A DNA stretch of 49,511 nucleotides, taken from the NCBI GenBank assembly GCA_009691185.1, contig SHVD01000001.1, positions 1 through 49,511 of the forward strand, in the 5' to 3' direction. Position numbers and translations under genes: made by a program. Under the pieces are notes generated by a model. It saw only the letters and a list, made by a program, of their open reading frames with translations, made no database searches and was not told the origin of the DNA. This DNA is from Candidatus Nanopelagicaceae bacterium. Lineage in GTDB: Bacteria; Actinomycetota; Actinomycetes; Nanopelagicales; Nanopelagicaceae. Of this stretch, positions 6,844 through 18,360 are shown one piece after another (the stretch's first letter is position 1; each line of letters opens with the position of its first letter).

Positions 6844-8298
6844 TTATTCCTTTGCCAACAAATCTAATACCTGATCAACTCTACACGCCACTAACTTATC
6901 GTAATCAAGAGTTAACTCTTCAATTTTTTTCTGTTGGGCAGGATCAAAAATACGTGCAAGATTTCTCTGATACTTTTCTTTAAGAAGAGGTATCCCCTCT
7001 TCCCGCCTTCTCTTATGTCCTACCGGATACTCAACTACTACCTCATCCAACACTGTGCCATCACTTAATGTAATTGTCATTGCATTTGCAATCGATCTCT
7101 TTTGTGGATCATGGTAATCAGCTGAAAAATTCTTATCCTCTATGCAACTTATCTTTTCTCTTAACTGATCAATCCTAGGATCTGCTGCTACATCATCTTC
7201 ATAATCTCTGGCGGTTAACCTGCCAAAAATTAATGGAATTGCCACCATATATTGAATGGTGTGATCACGATCTGCTGGATTTTTAAGCTCACCTTTTTTA
7301 TCAATGATTCGAATACATGCCTCATGGGTTCTAATCTCAACCTTGGCAATATCATCAGAAGTTTTTCCAAGTGAGGCTAATTTTCTATTTAGAATCATCG
7401 CAGCCTCAACTGCGGTTTGGGCATGAAACTCAGCAGGGTATGAGATCTTAAATAAAATATTCTCCATTACATACTCACTGTATGGCCGCTGGAATACAAA
7501 TTTATTTCCCCTAAAGGATGAGTCATAAAAACCCCAACCCTTTGCCGTTAACGCAGTTGGATAACCCATCTCACCTGTTCTTGCAATTAATGCAAGCCGG
7601 ACTGCGCGGGAAGTAGCATCACCTGCCGCCCAAGATTTTCTAGAGCCGGCATTTGGAAAGTGTCGATATGTTCGAAGTGATTGACCATCAACCCAAGCAA
7701 GTGAGAGGGCAGCCAGTATTTGATCTCTACTTAATCCCATCATCTGCGCAACGACTGCAGTAGATGCCACCTTAACTAGCACCACATGATCAATCCCAAC
7801 CTTATTAAATGAGTTTTCAAGTGCAATACATCCTTGAATCTCATGGGCTTTAATCATTGCAGTGAAAAGATCACGCATTGTGAAATCACTCTTAGTTGCA
7901 AACTTTGGATTTCTATTTAACCAATCTGCCACTGCCAGAATTGCACCTAAATTATCTGATGGATGCCCCCATTCAGCAGCTAGCCAGGTGTCGTTGTAAT
8001 CAAGCCATCTAATGGCAGCTCCAATGTTAAAGGCTGCACTTACTGGATCTAGCTTGTAAGAAGTGCCAGGCACTCTTGCGCCATTTTCAATCTTTAAACC
8101 TTCAACTACCGGCCCTAATAATTTGGTGCAAGCCTCATACTCAAGTGCTTCTAATCCGCAACCAATTGTGTCAATAAAACAATGCCAAGCGGTTTCATAT
8201 GCAAGGGGGGAGTTAATCTCATAATTTAAAACATAATCTGTGATATCAATTATCTCTTGATCATATGGGGTATTAGATTTTGTGAAGTTTGAACTCAT
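6844..8298 (-). CDS. prpD: 2-methylcitrate dehydratase
   Basis: RWLDYNDTWLAAEWGHPSDN and FKISYPAEFHAQT motifs. Confidence 0.95.
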   Translation of the reverse strand: MSSNFTKSNTPYDQEIIDITDYVLNYEINSPLAYETAWHCFIDTIGCGLEALEYEACTKLLGPVVEGLKIENGARVPGTSYKLDPVSAAFNIGAAIRWLDYNDTWLAAEWGHPSDNLGAILAVADWLNRNPKFATKSDFTMRDLFTAMIKAHEIQGCIALENSFNKVGIDHVVLVKVASTAVVAQMMGLSRDQILAALSLAWVDGQSLRTYRHFPNAGSRKSWAAGDATSRAVRLALIARTGEMGYPTALTAKGWGFYDSSFRGNKFVFQRPYSEYVMENILFKISYPAEFHAQTAVEAAMILNRKLASLGKTSDDIAKVEIRTHEACIRIIDKKGELKNPADRDHTIQYMVAIPLIFGRLTARDYEDDVAADPRIDQLREKISCIEDKNFSADYHDPQKRSIANAMTITLSDGTVLDEVVVEYPVGHKRRREEGIPLLKEKYQRNLARIFDPAQQKKIEELTLDYDKLVACRVDQVLDLLAKE

Positions 8299-8303
8299 CT
8301 AAC

Positions 8304-9443
8304 TCACCCTCGCTTTTCAATTGGGACAAAGACCCGGTTTGGCTCACCTGTGTAATTGGCAGCAGGTCTAATAATCTTATTATCTACTCGCTGCTCCATC
8401 ACATGCCCACTCCAGCCAGTAAGGCGAGCGAAGATAAATATAGGTGTGAAGAAGGTGATAGGAATTCCCATTTGGTGATATGCAACAGCTGAAAACCAAT
8501 CCAGATTGGCAAACATCTTTTTCTCACTCATCATCACAGTTTCAATCCGATCTGCGATATCAAACAGCTTTGTGTCATTATTCTCAGCTGATAATGATTT
8601 AGCAATTGCTTTAATAATTGGATTTCTGGGATCTAAAGAGGTGTAAACCGGATGTCCAAAACCAATTACAACCTCCTTAGCAGCTAGACGTTTTTTAATA
8701 TCAAGTGCTGCCGCTTCCGGTGATTGATAACGTTGTTGAGTCTGAAGTGCTATTTCATTAGCACCACCATGTTTGGGACCACGCAGTGCCCCAATAGCGC
8801 CGGTAATTGATGAGTAAATATCAGAACCAGTACTAGCAATAACTCGGGCGGTGAAAGTGGAGGCATTAAACTCATGCTCGGCGTATAGAATAAGTGATGC
8901 TTGCATTGCTTTGACCCAAGATTGCTTTGGTTTTTCTTGTAAGAACAATTGCAAGAAGTGCTCTGCTACCCCATCAGCACCAGTGTTAGTTGAGATTTTT
9001 TTACCATAATGTGTGAAGTGATACCAATAAAGCAACGCTGATGGGGATGCTGCAATTAAGCGATTGGCAGCAGCCAGTGCGCTTTGCCCATCATGTTTTT
9101 CACTCTCAGGGTAGAAGCTAGCAAGGCTTGAAGTGGCAGTTCTAACCACATCCATCGGGTTAGCACTCTTTGGTAGATTTTCAAGGATGGTTTTAACTGC
9201 ATCTGGTAAATCTCGCAAGCTTGATAATTGCGCCTTGTAATCTGCTAATTGTATTTGAGTAGGCAGGTATCCATAGAGAATCAGATAGGAAACCTCTTCA
9301 AACTCACAATTTTGGGCTAAATCATTTATCTCATACCCACGGTAGCGCAGATCATTACCTGAGTGACCAACTGTTGATAGTGCGGTATCTCCTGCTACAA
9401 CTCCTGAGAGTGCAACTGATTTTTTTACTCTTACCTCACTCAT
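8304..9443 (-). CDS. prpC: 2-methylcitrate synthase
   Basis: [20 protein letters not shown] and GFGHPVY motifs; operon context. Confidence 0.95.
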   Translation of the reverse strand: MSEVRVKKSVALSGVVAGDTALSTVGHSGNDLRYRGYEINDLAQNCEFEEVSYLILYGYLPTQIQLADYKAQLSSLRDLPDAVKTILENLPKSANPMDVVRTATSSLASFYPESEKHDGQSALAAANRLIAASPSALLYWYHFTHYGKKISTNTGADGVAEHFLQLFLQEKPKQSWVKAMQASLILYAEHEFNASTFTARVIASTGSDIYSSITGAIGALRGPKHGGANEIALQTQQRYQSPEAAALDIKKRLAAKEVVIGFGHPVYTSLDPRNPIIKAIAKSLSAENNDTKLFDIADRIETVMMSEKKMFANLDWFSAVAYHQMGIPITFFTPIFIFARLTGWSGHVMEQRVDNKIIRPAANYTGEPNRVFVPIEKRG

Positions 9444-9450
9444 TAGTTAA

Positions 9451-10323
9451 CTATTTATTGAATCTATCTAAGGATTTTTCATACTCATAGTAATTAATGC
9501 TTTTATATAACTCATCTCGAGTTTGCATCTTATCTACCACACCTTTTTGGGTGCCATTTGCTTTGATACTTTGATAAACCTCAAGTGCTGCCTTATTCAT
9601 CGCTCTAAAGGCAGAGAGCGGATAAAGCGCCATCGCTACCTTGGCACTTTTTAACTCCTGGGTGGTAAACATTGGAGTTAATCCAAACTCGGTGATATTT
9701 GCCAGGATTGGCACCCCAACCTCATCAGCAAATCTTTGATAGATCTTTAAATCATCAACAGCTTCGACAAATAACATCTGCGCCCCAGCCTTTACATAAG
9801 CCTTAGCGCGATCAATTGCTGCATCCACACCCTCTGATGCGAGCGCGTCAGTTCTTGCCATAATCACAAATGAGTTATCACCCTTGGCACTTACCGCAGC
9901 ACTTATTCGATCAACCATCTCCTGCTTTGAAACTAACTCTTTATTTGGCCGGTGGCCACATCTTTTAGCGCCAACCTGATCTTCAATATGAGCAGCTGCT
10001 GCTCCTGCTGCAATGAGGGAGGTAATAGTGCGGGTGATATTAAAGGCAGATGGACCAAAGCCGGTATCAATATCTACTAAGAGTGGCAGCTTGGTTACAT
10101 TAACAATTCTTCGCACATCAGTTAAAACATCCTCTAAATTAGTAATACCAAGATCTGGCACACCCAATGATCCTGCTGCTACCCCACCACCAGATAAATA
10201 GATCGCTTTATAGCCAGATTGCTCAGCCAGAAGTGCGTGGTTGGCATTTATGACCCCAACAATTTGCAATGGGGCTTCCTCTTTCACTGCTTTTCTAAAT
10301 AGATCCCCAGCTTGTGCTATCAC
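9451..10323 (-). CDS. prpB: 2-methylisocitrate lyase
   Basis: KRCGH catalytic motif, DIDTGFG; probable GTG start at 10323. Confidence 0.95.
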   Translation of the reverse strand: MIAQAGDLFRKAVKEEAPLQIVGVINANHALLAEQSGYKAIYLSGGGVAAGSLGVPDLGITNLEDVLTDVRRIVNVTKLPLLVDIDTGFGPSAFNITRTITSLIAAGAAAAHIEDQVGAKRCGHRPNKELVSKQEMVDRISAAVSAKGDNSFVIMARTDALASEGVDAAIDRAKAYVKAGAQMLFVEAVDDLKIYQRFADEVGVPILANITEFGLTPMFTTQELKSAKVAMALYPLSAFRAMNKAALEVYQSIKANGTQKGVVDKMQTRDELYKSINYYEYEKSLDRFNK

Positions 10324-10419
10324 ATCTCTTAATCTATCACTTGCTGGAAAAAAACAATATTTGGCACTTTTTTCTACCTTAGTAATTGACATTTGGCGCA
10401 ACTTCGATAACTTAACTCC

Positions 10420-11772
10420 ATGCATGCAGTGGTAATTGGCGCAGGTGTGATTGGCTCATCAATTGCATTGCAATTAAGACGTCTTGGTCATGATGTCACA
10501 GTGGTGGAGCGCAACTCAGCAGCTGGTATGGGTTCAACCAGCGCGTCGAGTGCGGTGGTTAGATTTAATTACTCAACCTTTGACGCAGTTGCACTCTCCT
10601 GGGAGTCCTACTTTTTATGGAAAGAGTTTAAAGAGTTAATCGATGGCACAGATGGATACGCAAAGAATTCATTAAGTAATTCTCAAGAACATTACGCCCA
10701 CCTAGAAGATCGTGGTTATGTGATGTTGGATGTACCAGTACTTTCTAATGAAAAGACGATGGCCTTATTTGACCAAGCAGGAATTCCTTATGAAATCTGG
10801 GATTCAAAGCAACTAAAGATTGGCATGCCAGGAATAGATGCTGGTAGGTACTGGCCAAACAAACCAGTTAAGTCAGATGAGTTTTGGGATGAGGCAAATC
10901 AGGAGTTAGGCGCAATATTTTCTAAGCATGGCGGCTATGTCTCAGACCCCTTACTTGCTGCGCAAAACTTTGCGGTGGCAGCAAAGCGTGAGGGAGTTAA
11001 TTTTAAGTTTCGAAAAGTTGTGGTTGGTATTGAAAAGAATCTAGGAAGAGTTTCAGGTGTTGCGGTAAGTGATTTTGATTCCCAAAGTAAAAAGCCATTA
11101 GATACCGGCCATGAAGTAATTGCTGCTGATGTAGTGATTAATGTGGCAGGACCTTGGTCTACTTTGATAAATCAAATGGCAGGTGCTGGTAGTGATTTCA
11201 CTATAGAGTTAAAGCCACTTCGGGCTGAGGTGCACCAGATATCAACTCCAAAAGATATTTTGCCAGGTCCAATCATGGGAGATTTAGATCTTGGCACCTA
11301 TGTTAGATCTGGCCCTGGTGGAATCACTTTGGTGGGCGGAACAGAGCCAGAGTGTGATGAGCTTGAGTGGGTTACACCAGATAAGGTCGATGAGGTAAAC
11401 ATGACAAGAACTGTTGCGGTTTTTGAATCTCAAACATATCGATTTGCTAGAAGATTTCCAGCTGCGCAAATCCCGTCCACTCCAGTTGGTGTAGTTGGTG
11501 TTTATGATGTTTCATCTGATTGGACGCCAATCTATGACAAAACTGATGTGCCAGGGTTTTATGTGGCGATAGGAACTAGTGGAAATCAATTTAAAAACGC
11601 CCCTGGTGCTGGTTTAATCATGGCCCACTTAATTACCCAGGTGGAAAAAGGTGCTGATCATGACAGTGAGCCAGTGGTTTATCAATGCACGAAGAGTAAG
11701 AGTGTGATTAATTTAGGCACATTTTCTAGAAAGCGCGCCCGTAACTTAACTAGCGGAACGGTAATGGGTTAA
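10420..11772 (+). CDS. FAD-dependent oxidoreductase (DAO / sarcosine oxidase beta-like)
   Basis: GAGVIG dinucleotide-binding motif; [12 protein letters not shown] and [11 protein letters not shown]. Confidence 0.85.
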   Translation: MHAVVIGAGVIGSSIALQLRRLGHDVTVVERNSAAGMGSTSASSAVVRFNYSTFDAVALSWESYFLWKEFKELIDGTDGYAKNSLSNSQEHYAHLEDRGYVMLDVPVLSNEKTMALFDQAGIPYEIWDSKQLKIGMPGIDAGRYWPNKPVKSDEFWDEANQELGAIFSKHGGYVSDPLLAAQNFAVAAKREGVNFKFRKVVVGIEKNLGRVSGVAVSDFDSQSKKPLDTGHEVIAADVVINVAGPWSTLINQMAGAGSDFTIELKPLRAEVHQISTPKDILPGPIMGDLDLGTYVRSGPGGITLVGGTEPECDELEWVTPDKVDEVNMTRTVAVFESQTYRFARRFPAAQIPSTPVGVVGVYDVSSDWTPIYDKTDVPGFYVAIGTSGNQFKNAPGAGLIMAHLITQVEKGADHDSEPVVYQCTKSKSVINLGTFSRKRARNLTSGTVMG

Positions 11773-11787
11773 ACGGTAAAAAAAGTA

Positions 11788-12501
11788 TTAGTGACCTAGG
11801 TAGGCCTTAGTAACCTTGTCATCAGCACTTAACTCTTTTGCGCTACCACTGATCTTTACTTTGCCAGACTCTAAAACATAAGCACGATCTGCCACATCAA
11901 GGGCAGCGGTTGCATTTTGTTCAATCAACAAAATTGTTACACCTTGTTGGCGAATCTTCACAATAGTGTCAAAAATTAACTCAACCAATACCGGAGCAAG
12001 TCCCATTGATGGCTCATCAAGAAGTAATAGTTTTGGATCACCCATTAATGCTCGGCTGACGGCCAACATCTGCTGCTCACCACCTGACATGGTGCCAGCT
12101 CGTTGATCAATTCGCTCTTTTAATCGTGGAAATAGATCGAGCACCTTAGCCATATCAGCTGCAACCTCGCCCTTATTGTTTCTCAAGAATGCGCCCAACT
12201 CAAGATTTTCCTTAACTGTCATACGAGGAAAAATTCTTCTTCCTTCAGGTGCGTGGCAGATGCCCATGCCAACGATTTCATGCCCTGGCATGCCATCAAT
12301 TCGCTTGCCATTAAATGTAATCTCGCCAGATTTAGGTTTGATTAATCCTGAGATTGTTCGCAATGTGGTTGATTTACCAGCACCATTTGAACCAATTAAG
12401 GTGACAATCTCACCTTGGTTAACAGTGACTGAAACATCTTTAACTGCAATAATCTTGCCGTAGGCAACTTGAATATTTTTAACCTCTAACATCGCACTCA
12501 T
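11788..12501 (-). CDS. livF: Branched-chain amino acid ABC transporter ATPase
   Basis: GSNGAGKST, MSGGEQQML and LDEPSMGLAP. Confidence 0.92.
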   Translation of the reverse strand: MSAMLEVKNIQVAYGKIIAVKDVSVTVNQGEIVTLIGSNGAGKSTTLRTISGLIKPKSGEITFNGKRIDGMPGHEIVGMGICHAPEGRRIFPRMTVKENLELGAFLRNNKGEVAADMAKVLDLFPRLKERIDQRAGTMSGGEQQMLAVSRALMGDPKLLLLDEPSMGLAPVLVELIFDTIVKIRQQGVTILLIEQNATAALDVADRAYVLESGKVKISGSAKELSADDKVTKAYLGH

Positions 12502-13277
12502 TTTCTAGCCGCCTTAGGTTTACCAAGGTACGCCTCGATCACTCGTGGATTACTCTTTATCTCAGCTGGGGATCCTTCAGCGATCTTCTCGCCTTGATCA
12601 AGAACTGTGATTCGTTGCGAAACTGCCATAACCACCTTCATGTCATGTTCAATCAACATAACTGCGATATCGCGCTCTGCCACAAGTTTGTTGATGAAAT
12701 CAATAAATACCTGTGACTCTTGAGCGTTCATACCAGCAGTTGGCTCATCAAGTAATAAAACCTTTGGATTAAGAGCTAACGCTCTTGCAACCTCAAGCCG
12801 GCGTTGATCACCGTAGGAAAGATTTCTAGCAAACTCATGTGTCCATTTGCCAACACCTGCGAAATCTAGAATCTCTTGCGCTTTTGCTTCAGCTTCGCGC
12901 TCCTCTTTGCGTTGCCTTGGAGTTCTAAGAATTGTGGCGGTAATTCCTGACTTCAGATGTGAGTGCATAGCAACAAGTAGGTTCTCTTGCGCTGTCATCA
13001 AACCAAATAGACGGATATTTTGAAAGGTTCGAGCAATTCCAATTTCGGCAATCTTATGTGGTGGCAGATCGGTAATCTCTTTCCCACCATAAACAATTTT
13101 GCCTGCTGATGGCTTATATAGACCAGTTAAGACGTTAAAGAATGTTGTCTTACCAGCACCATTTGGACCAATAAGTGAAACAATGGATTTGTTTGGAATA
13201 TCAAAGGTCACATTGTTGACCGCTAGTAAGCCACCAAATTGAACTGAGATATTTTTTGCTTCTAATGCATTAGCCAT
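12498..13277 (-). CDS. livG: Branched-chain amino acid ABC transporter ATPase
   Basis: GPNGAGKTT, RTFQNIRLF and VIEAYLG. Confidence 0.92.
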   Translation of the reverse strand: MANALEAKNISVQFGGLLAVNNVTFDIPNKSIVSLIGPNGAGKTTFFNVLTGLYKPSAGKIVYGGKEITDLPPHKIAEIGIARTFQNIRLFGLMTAQENLLVAMHSHLKSGITATILRTPRQRKEEREAEAKAQEILDFAGVGKWTHEFARNLSYGDQRRLEVARALALNPKVLLLDEPTAGMNAQESQVFIDFINKLVAERDIAVMLIEHDMKVVMAVSQRITVLDQGEKIAEGSPAEIKSNPRVIEAYLGKPKAARK

Positions 13278-13280
13278 GGG

Positions 13281-14468
13281 TTACTTACCCACTTTCTTCT
13301 TGGAGCTAGATGCATCTTCATCATCTAACTCACCCTCATGAAGCATTAACTTCAAGCGAGATTCAGGTAGTAAGCCCTCTCGCTTAAATAGCATCATCAA
13401 GATAAGTACTAAACCAAAGAGGAGGAAGGTGAAGGAGGCAAAATCTATATCAGTTCCAAAGCGATCGTTATACAACTGACCAAAGGCGGTTAAGCCATTT
13501 CCATTTACCCAGGAGAGAATAAATGCACCAAGGATTACTCCCCAAACATTTCCCATTCCGCCTAATACCACCATGGCAAGTAAGAAAATTGAGATCGTGA
13601 AGTTAAATCGCTCGGCATAAACACCATTTACGTGGGTAGCAAAGGCAACTCCACCTAGACCACCAGCAAAAGCACCTACCGCATATGCTGATAATTTAGT
13701 GCGCATCAATGGCACACCCATCATGGAGGCAGCAAGCTCATCCTCACGGATTGCAAGCCATGCTCTGCCAAGTCGGCCGCGGCGCAATCTTAGGGAGATG
13801 AAAACCATTACCGCAGTTAGAAATAAGAAGATTAATAGCTTCCAACCAAAATCAAATGGTCCTAGATTTTTAACACCTACTGGAATTGGATCAACCATCA
13901 CAATTCCCTTAGTTCCATTGGAGATGTTATAGCCAAAGAAGTTCTCGCCATTGAAAAATACCTGCGGGATAATCTCACCAAAACCAAGAGTTACCAAAGC
14001 TAGGTAATCACTCTTTAAGCGAAGTGTTGGTGCACCAATTAAGATTCCAAATAGTGCGCAGATAAAGCCACCGATAAGTAAAACCATCCAGAAGTTGATA
14101 TGAATACCGGGAGCCTCAGCTGGTACTGATCCTAGGAAGTTAATATTTAAGAAGTAGAAAAACTCTGACATAAACCAGCCAGCGCAGTAACCACCAATTG
14201 CCCAAAATGCTACATATCCAAGATCTAACAAACCGGCATAACCAACCACAATATTTAAGCCAAGGGCCATAATTATGTAAACGAGGGATTCATTTATCGC
14301 AGAAGGTGGCATCCACTGATAAATTGCATCATAGATACCAAGTGGTAATCCCTCCCAAGGTAGCAGGAATTGGTAGGTAATAAATAAAAGTACGCCAATT
14401 ATTGAGTAACCAGTAATCCATTTGCGATTTGATTTTGCTACATTACTTGGAGCTGTTGTTTTAGCCAT
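13281..14468 (-). CDS. livM: Branched-chain amino acid ABC permease
   Basis: GLNIVVGYAGLLDLGY and DYLALVTLGFGEI. Confidence 0.9.
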   Translation of the reverse strand: MAKTTAPSNVAKSNRKWITGYSIIGVLLFITYQFLLPWEGLPLGIYDAIYQWMPPSAINESLVYIIMALGLNIVVGYAGLLDLGYVAFWAIGGYCAGWFMSEFFYFLNINFLGSVPAEAPGIHINFWMVLLIGGFICALFGILIGAPTLRLKSDYLALVTLGFGEIIPQVFFNGENFFGYNISNGTKGIVMVDPIPVGVKNLGPFDFGWKLLIFLFLTAVMVFISLRLRRGRLGRAWLAIREDELAASMMGVPLMRTKLSAYAVGAFAGGLGGVAFATHVNGVYAERFNFTISIFLLAMVVLGGMGNVWGVILGAFILSWVNGNGLTAFGQLYNDRFGTDIDFASFTFLLFGLVLILMMLFKREGLLPESRLKLMLHEGELDDEDASSSKKKVGK

Positions 14469-14472
14469 CGCA

Positions 14473-15525
14473 CTACACCTTTTCCGTTACTGCTTTGCCA
14501 AGCAGACCGGCAGGTCTAAAAACTAAGATAATAATAAGAATTGTAAAGACAACACTTTGTGACCATTGCTGCCCAAAGGCGTATGGCAGACCATCATTTA
14601 ATCCTTGGATCAAACCAATTAACAATCCACCAACTACCGCACCCCAGAGATTTCCAATTCCACCTAAAACTGCGGAGGTGAATGCAATTAGACCAAGCTG
14701 GAAGCCAAGGTTATAACTAGTAGTACCAATTGATTGCTGATACAAAAGCCCAGCAGCACCTGCCATCGCTCCACCCAGGGCAAAGGTAAAGGCGATTGTC
14801 TTGTTAACATTAATTCCCATCAGAGTTGAGGCATCTTTATCTTGTGAGGTAGCCCGCATCGCTTTACCTTGCTTGGTATTAGTAACCAAATAGTTAAGTG
14901 CTAGTAGTAGTGGTAGGCCAATCAAAAATAGCCAAAGTGTAATCAAGCTTATGCGGATCTCACCGATGTAAATATCTCCACTAGGAATAACAGTTGGCCA
15001 CTGCCTTGGCGTTGATCCATTCCACTTTAATCCAATGAAGTTAAGTAAAAATGACATACCAACTGCTGTGATCAATGGGGCCAGACGTGGGGCCTTTCGC
15101 AACCTACGGTAAGCCAATCGTTCGATCAACACATTTACAACCGCGCCAAAGATCATCACCGCAACTAGGCAGGAAGCAAATGCCAACCAGCCTTTTGGAT
15201 TTGATTGATCTGCACCGATCCAATATGTGATAAAAAAGGATGAGAAGATGGCGCTGAGCATGAAGAGATCGCCATGTGCAAAGTTAATTAATTCAATAAT
15301 TCCATAAACGAGTGTGTAGCCAAGGGCGATTAATGCGTAGATCAAACCATTTCGTAGTCCTGAGATTGCCACCTGCACAAATTGCTCTGGTGCTTTTATC
15401 AAGTTAGCTAGCATCCAAACTGACATTAACAAGATAATTACTATCGCGCCACTCTGTTCAATGCGTTGGCGGCGGATTTGGCCAGGGGTGCCAGTAAATT
15501 TCTTTACATCAGTAGCTTTAGCCAA
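14473..15525 (-). CDS. livH: Branched-chain amino acid ABC permease
   Basis: YALIALGYTLVYGIIELINFAHG. Confidence 0.9.
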   Translation of the reverse strand: MAKATDVKKFTGTPGQIRRQRIEQSGAIVIILLMSVWMLANLIKAPEQFVQVAISGLRNGLIYALIALGYTLVYGIIELINFAHGDLFMLSAIFSSFFITYWIGADQSNPKGWLAFASCLVAVMIFGAVVNVLIERLAYRRLRKAPRLAPLITAVGMSFLLNFIGLKWNGSTPRQWPTVIPSGDIYIGEIRISLITLWLFLIGLPLLLALNYLVTNTKQGKAMRATSQDKDASTLMGINVNKTIAFTFALGGAMAGAAGLLYQQSIGTTSYNLGFQLGLIAFTSAVLGGIGNLWGAVVGGLLIGLIQGLNDGLPYAFGQQWSQSVVFTILIIILVFRPAGLLGKAVTEKV

Positions 15526-15625
15526 CTTTCAATCCCCTCCAGTAGTTCCCAGATTTTCAACAATACCGAATCATATATCAAAAATAACTAAAAAAATAAG
15601 AATATCAACTATCAGCCTTGGATAA

Positions 15626-15663
15626 AAATTTGGGTGATCACCCTAAAGTGATCACCCAAATTT
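15626..15663 (-). terminator. 16-bp perfect inverted repeat downstream of the substrate-binding protein gene (terminator or mRNA stabiliser)
   Basis: aaatttgggtgatcac-cctaaa-gtgatcacccaaattt. Confidence 0.75.
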
Positions 15664-15683
15664 ATATCTACTATCGAGATAAA

Positions 15684-16928
15684 TTACTTGACAGTTATCT
15701 TCTTTATGAAGGTCTCTGTCTTATCCTTAACGATCATAACCGTGATATCTCTTGACAAGATATCGCCATTTTTGTCGAATTTGATAGCGGTACCAACTAC
15801 TGACTTAGTTGCAGGGATATTTACTGTCTTCATTTTCTCAAAGATATCCTTGCGAGTTCCGTTTGAGCGAGAGATTGCATCAAGGATTGCTTGAACAGCT
15901 GCTGCACCGTAAACAGAGAATGAGCTAGTTGGAGCTTCACCGTATGTCAAAAGGTATGCATCTTGGAAATCCTCTGCAACGCCACCCTTAGGGAATTGAC
16001 TGATGTCAAGACCAGTGAATGAAAGGTAAGCACCTTCAGCCTCTGACAATGCCAAGAAGTCTGGGTAACCTGTGAAGCCGTCTGGCATCATCATTTTAAC
16101 GGCAGTGTTTGAACCTAGGTATTTAACCTTGTCCTTAACTAATTGACCACCGTTTAGATCAAAGATTCCGCCGATATAAAGCATGTCAGGGTTAAGTGCT
16201 TTGATCTTGGTAAATAAAGCTTCATAGTTTGTAGCCTTATCGTCCCAACCTTCACCAGCAACGCCATCAGAAAGAACTGTTAGTCCTTGCTTCTTTGCGT
16301 TTGTAGTAAATGATTGTGCAACACCTTGTCCGTAAGTTTGACGGTCGTTTAGAACATAAACCTTCTTAACTCCAAGTGAGGCTGCGAACTCTGCTGCTGC
16401 AGCGCCTTGGTTATCATCAGTTGTTACAACACGGTAGTAGTTACGCTTGCCTGTTGGATAATACTTCTCAGGCTCACCAGGATTCCATGGCTTTGTAAGA
16501 CCAGGGTTAGTGTTTGCGTTAGATACCATAATCATTGGACCCTTTGGATCCTGATTCAGGATTGGCACAATAATCTTTGCGCAACCTGAGTTATATGTAC
16601 CCATTACCGCAACTTCGTCGCGAGCTGCAACGTGTGCTTGTGCATTCTTTGCGCACTGAGCATCATCCCAAGAGCCTTTAGCGGCTGTTGAGTTGTCATA
16701 CTCACGGAATTTAATTATGAACTTACCAGCTTTGTTATTGCGTTGCTTTAATAGCAACTTAATAGCTTTGTTTGTTGATGCACTCTGATCAGCAGATCCA
16801 CCTTGTTTTGGAAGATCTGAAGAAATCCACAGAGTTGTAGCAGCAGATGATGAGCTTGTTACTAGTGTCAAGCTAACAGCTGCGGCTGCAAGAGCAACAA
16901 TCGCTACCTTTGCAGGGTTTTTCTTCAT
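15684..16928 (-). CDS. livK: Branched-chain amino acid ABC substrate-binding protein (LivJ/K family)
   Basis: Start at MKKNPAK with signal peptide and GGAAAGG RBS; GTYNSG, YGQG and FDKNGD motifs. Confidence 0.85.
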   Translation of the reverse strand: MKKNPAKVAIVALAAAAVSLTLVTSSSSAATTLWISSDLPKQGGSADQSASTNKAIKLLLKQRNNKAGKFIIKFREYDNSTAAKGSWDDAQCAKNAQAHVAARDEVAVMGTYNSGCAKIIVPILNQDPKGPMIMVSNANTNPGLTKPWNPGEPEKYYPTGKRNYYRVVTTDDNQGAAAAEFAASLGVKKVYVLNDRQTYGQGVAQSFTTNAKKQGLTVLSDGVAGEGWDDKATNYEALFTKIKALNPDMLYIGGIFDLNGGQLVKDKVKYLGSNTAVKMMMPDGFTGYPDFLALSEAEGAYLSFTGLDISQFPKGGVAEDFQDAYLLTYGEAPTSSFSVYGAAAVQAILDAISRSNGTRKDIFEKMKTVNIPATKSVVGTAIKFDKNGDILSRDITVMIVKDKTETFIKKITVK

Positions 16929-17092
16929 TGAGAGGTATACCTTTCCTAGGAGTTCGACATCACAGACCCATGTCTGCGATGCAGTTGGGTAAGGGTAGGG
17001 CATAGGGATAGGAATTGACCAATGGGAAGGTTCTGAGAATTAATGACTCTGAGCATATTTTGATCAGAAATTGCGAAAATCCAGCAAAATTA

Positions 17093-17108
17093 GTAACAAA
17101 TTCGTTAC
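17093..17108. promoter_or_regulatory. Putative GlnR-type box upstream of the liv operon
   Basis: GTAAC-N6-GTTAC, within the palindrome AGTAAC-N6-GTTACT. Confidence 0.4.
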
Positions 17109-17151
17109 TTAATAGACCTAGGCCAGGATCAAAACAACAGCGGGCCGGAGA

Positions 17152-18360
17152 TTAGATGTTGGCACGTGAGCTTGCACCAATTCGGCCAAAGTAAACCAGA
17201 GACAACATTGCACAAGATGCAATGACGAATGCAATTGTTATTGAGGTTAATTCAACAATCCAGGCAAGTACCAATCTTGAGATAAACATAATCACTGCAT
17301 TTATAAAACTTAGTTGTGCCACCGCTAATGCATTTTTGCCATTTGAAAATCGACCAGCGATTGAGAAAAATATTGGTGCAAGGGCAGAGCAACCAAGGCC
17401 AGCTAAAAAGAATCCAATAAAAGCTAGAGCAAAAGCTAAATTTCGAGAGGAATCTACCAACAGCAAGGAAGATGTTGCCATAGCAGTAAATCCAATGCCG
17501 CCAACTAATCCACCTGTCTTAATCCAAAACTGTTCACTTTGATGGTTAAGCGCCCAACCAATTGAGTAACGACCAACAATTAAACCAATCAGACAAGTTA
17601 GGTAACACAGTGTGGCAACAGAGCTATTCATTCCCAACTCCTCTTTACCAAAGAGAGTGGCCCAATCTGCGATTGTGAACTCCAAAACTGTTGCACAGAA
17701 AAATCCCAGACTTAAAAACCAATTAATCTTAAATTTAAATTGCGTGATAGAGGTGGCTTGGTAATCATCATCACTGGTGGGATTTTCTGCAAATGTTGGA
17801 GCTAATTTGTTAATGCAGATTTGAGTCAAGAGCCAAACCACCAACATCAAGATTGTAATGTGGGTGGCGATTGAAACTAAGTTTGAAATCAAAAATGCAA
17901 TAGCAGAGGTGCTCATCGCACCAACCGCCCAAGCACCATGAAGTTTAGGAACGATGACCGCCCCCACCTCATCTTGTCGATGCAGAGAGTGTCCACTAGT
18001 TGCAATGTGATAAATCGAAATTGAGGCGCCAGCTAGAATATTTAATATTAAGAAAAGTACTGGTGAGCTGGTGTGAACCAATCCGGTATAAACAATTGCC
18101 ACCGCAGTTGAGCCAATTTGCAGCGAGCGCTTGCTACCAATCCGATGCACAATCTGGCCGCCAATTAGTAGCATAATAATTGAACCAATTGAGGCACTGC
18201 CCAAAAGGGAGCCAAAGGTGCCATTATTAATATTTAGATTAGCTTTAAGATCTGGCGTTCTAGGAGCTAGCGACATAATTGCTATGCCAAATAAAAAGAA
18301 TATTAAACTTAAATATCTCTGCTCACTTTTTAAGTAGGTAGCTTTATTAAAACTTTTCAA
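17152..18360 (-). CDS. MFS transporter
   Basis: About 12 hydrophobic segments; HGAWAVGA motif. Confidence 0.8.
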   Translation of the reverse strand: MKSFNKATYLKSEQRYLSLIFFLFGIAIMSLAPRTPDLKANLNINNGTFGSLLGSASIGSIIMLLIGGQIVHRIGSKRSLQIGSTAVAIVYTGLVHTSSPVLFLILNILAGASISIYHIATSGHSLHRQDEVGAVIVPKLHGAWAVGAMSTSAIAFLISNLVSIATHITILMLVVWLLTQICINKLAPTFAENPTSDDDYQATSITQFKFKINWFLSLGFFCATVLEFTIADWATLFGKEELGMNSSVATLCYLTCLIGLIVGRYSIGWALNHQSEQFWIKTGGLVGGIGFTAMATSSLLLVDSSRNLAFALAFIGFFLAGLGCSALAPIFFSIAGRFSNGKNALAVAQLSFINAVIMFISRLVLAWIVELTSITIAFVIASCAMLSLVYFGRIGASSRANI

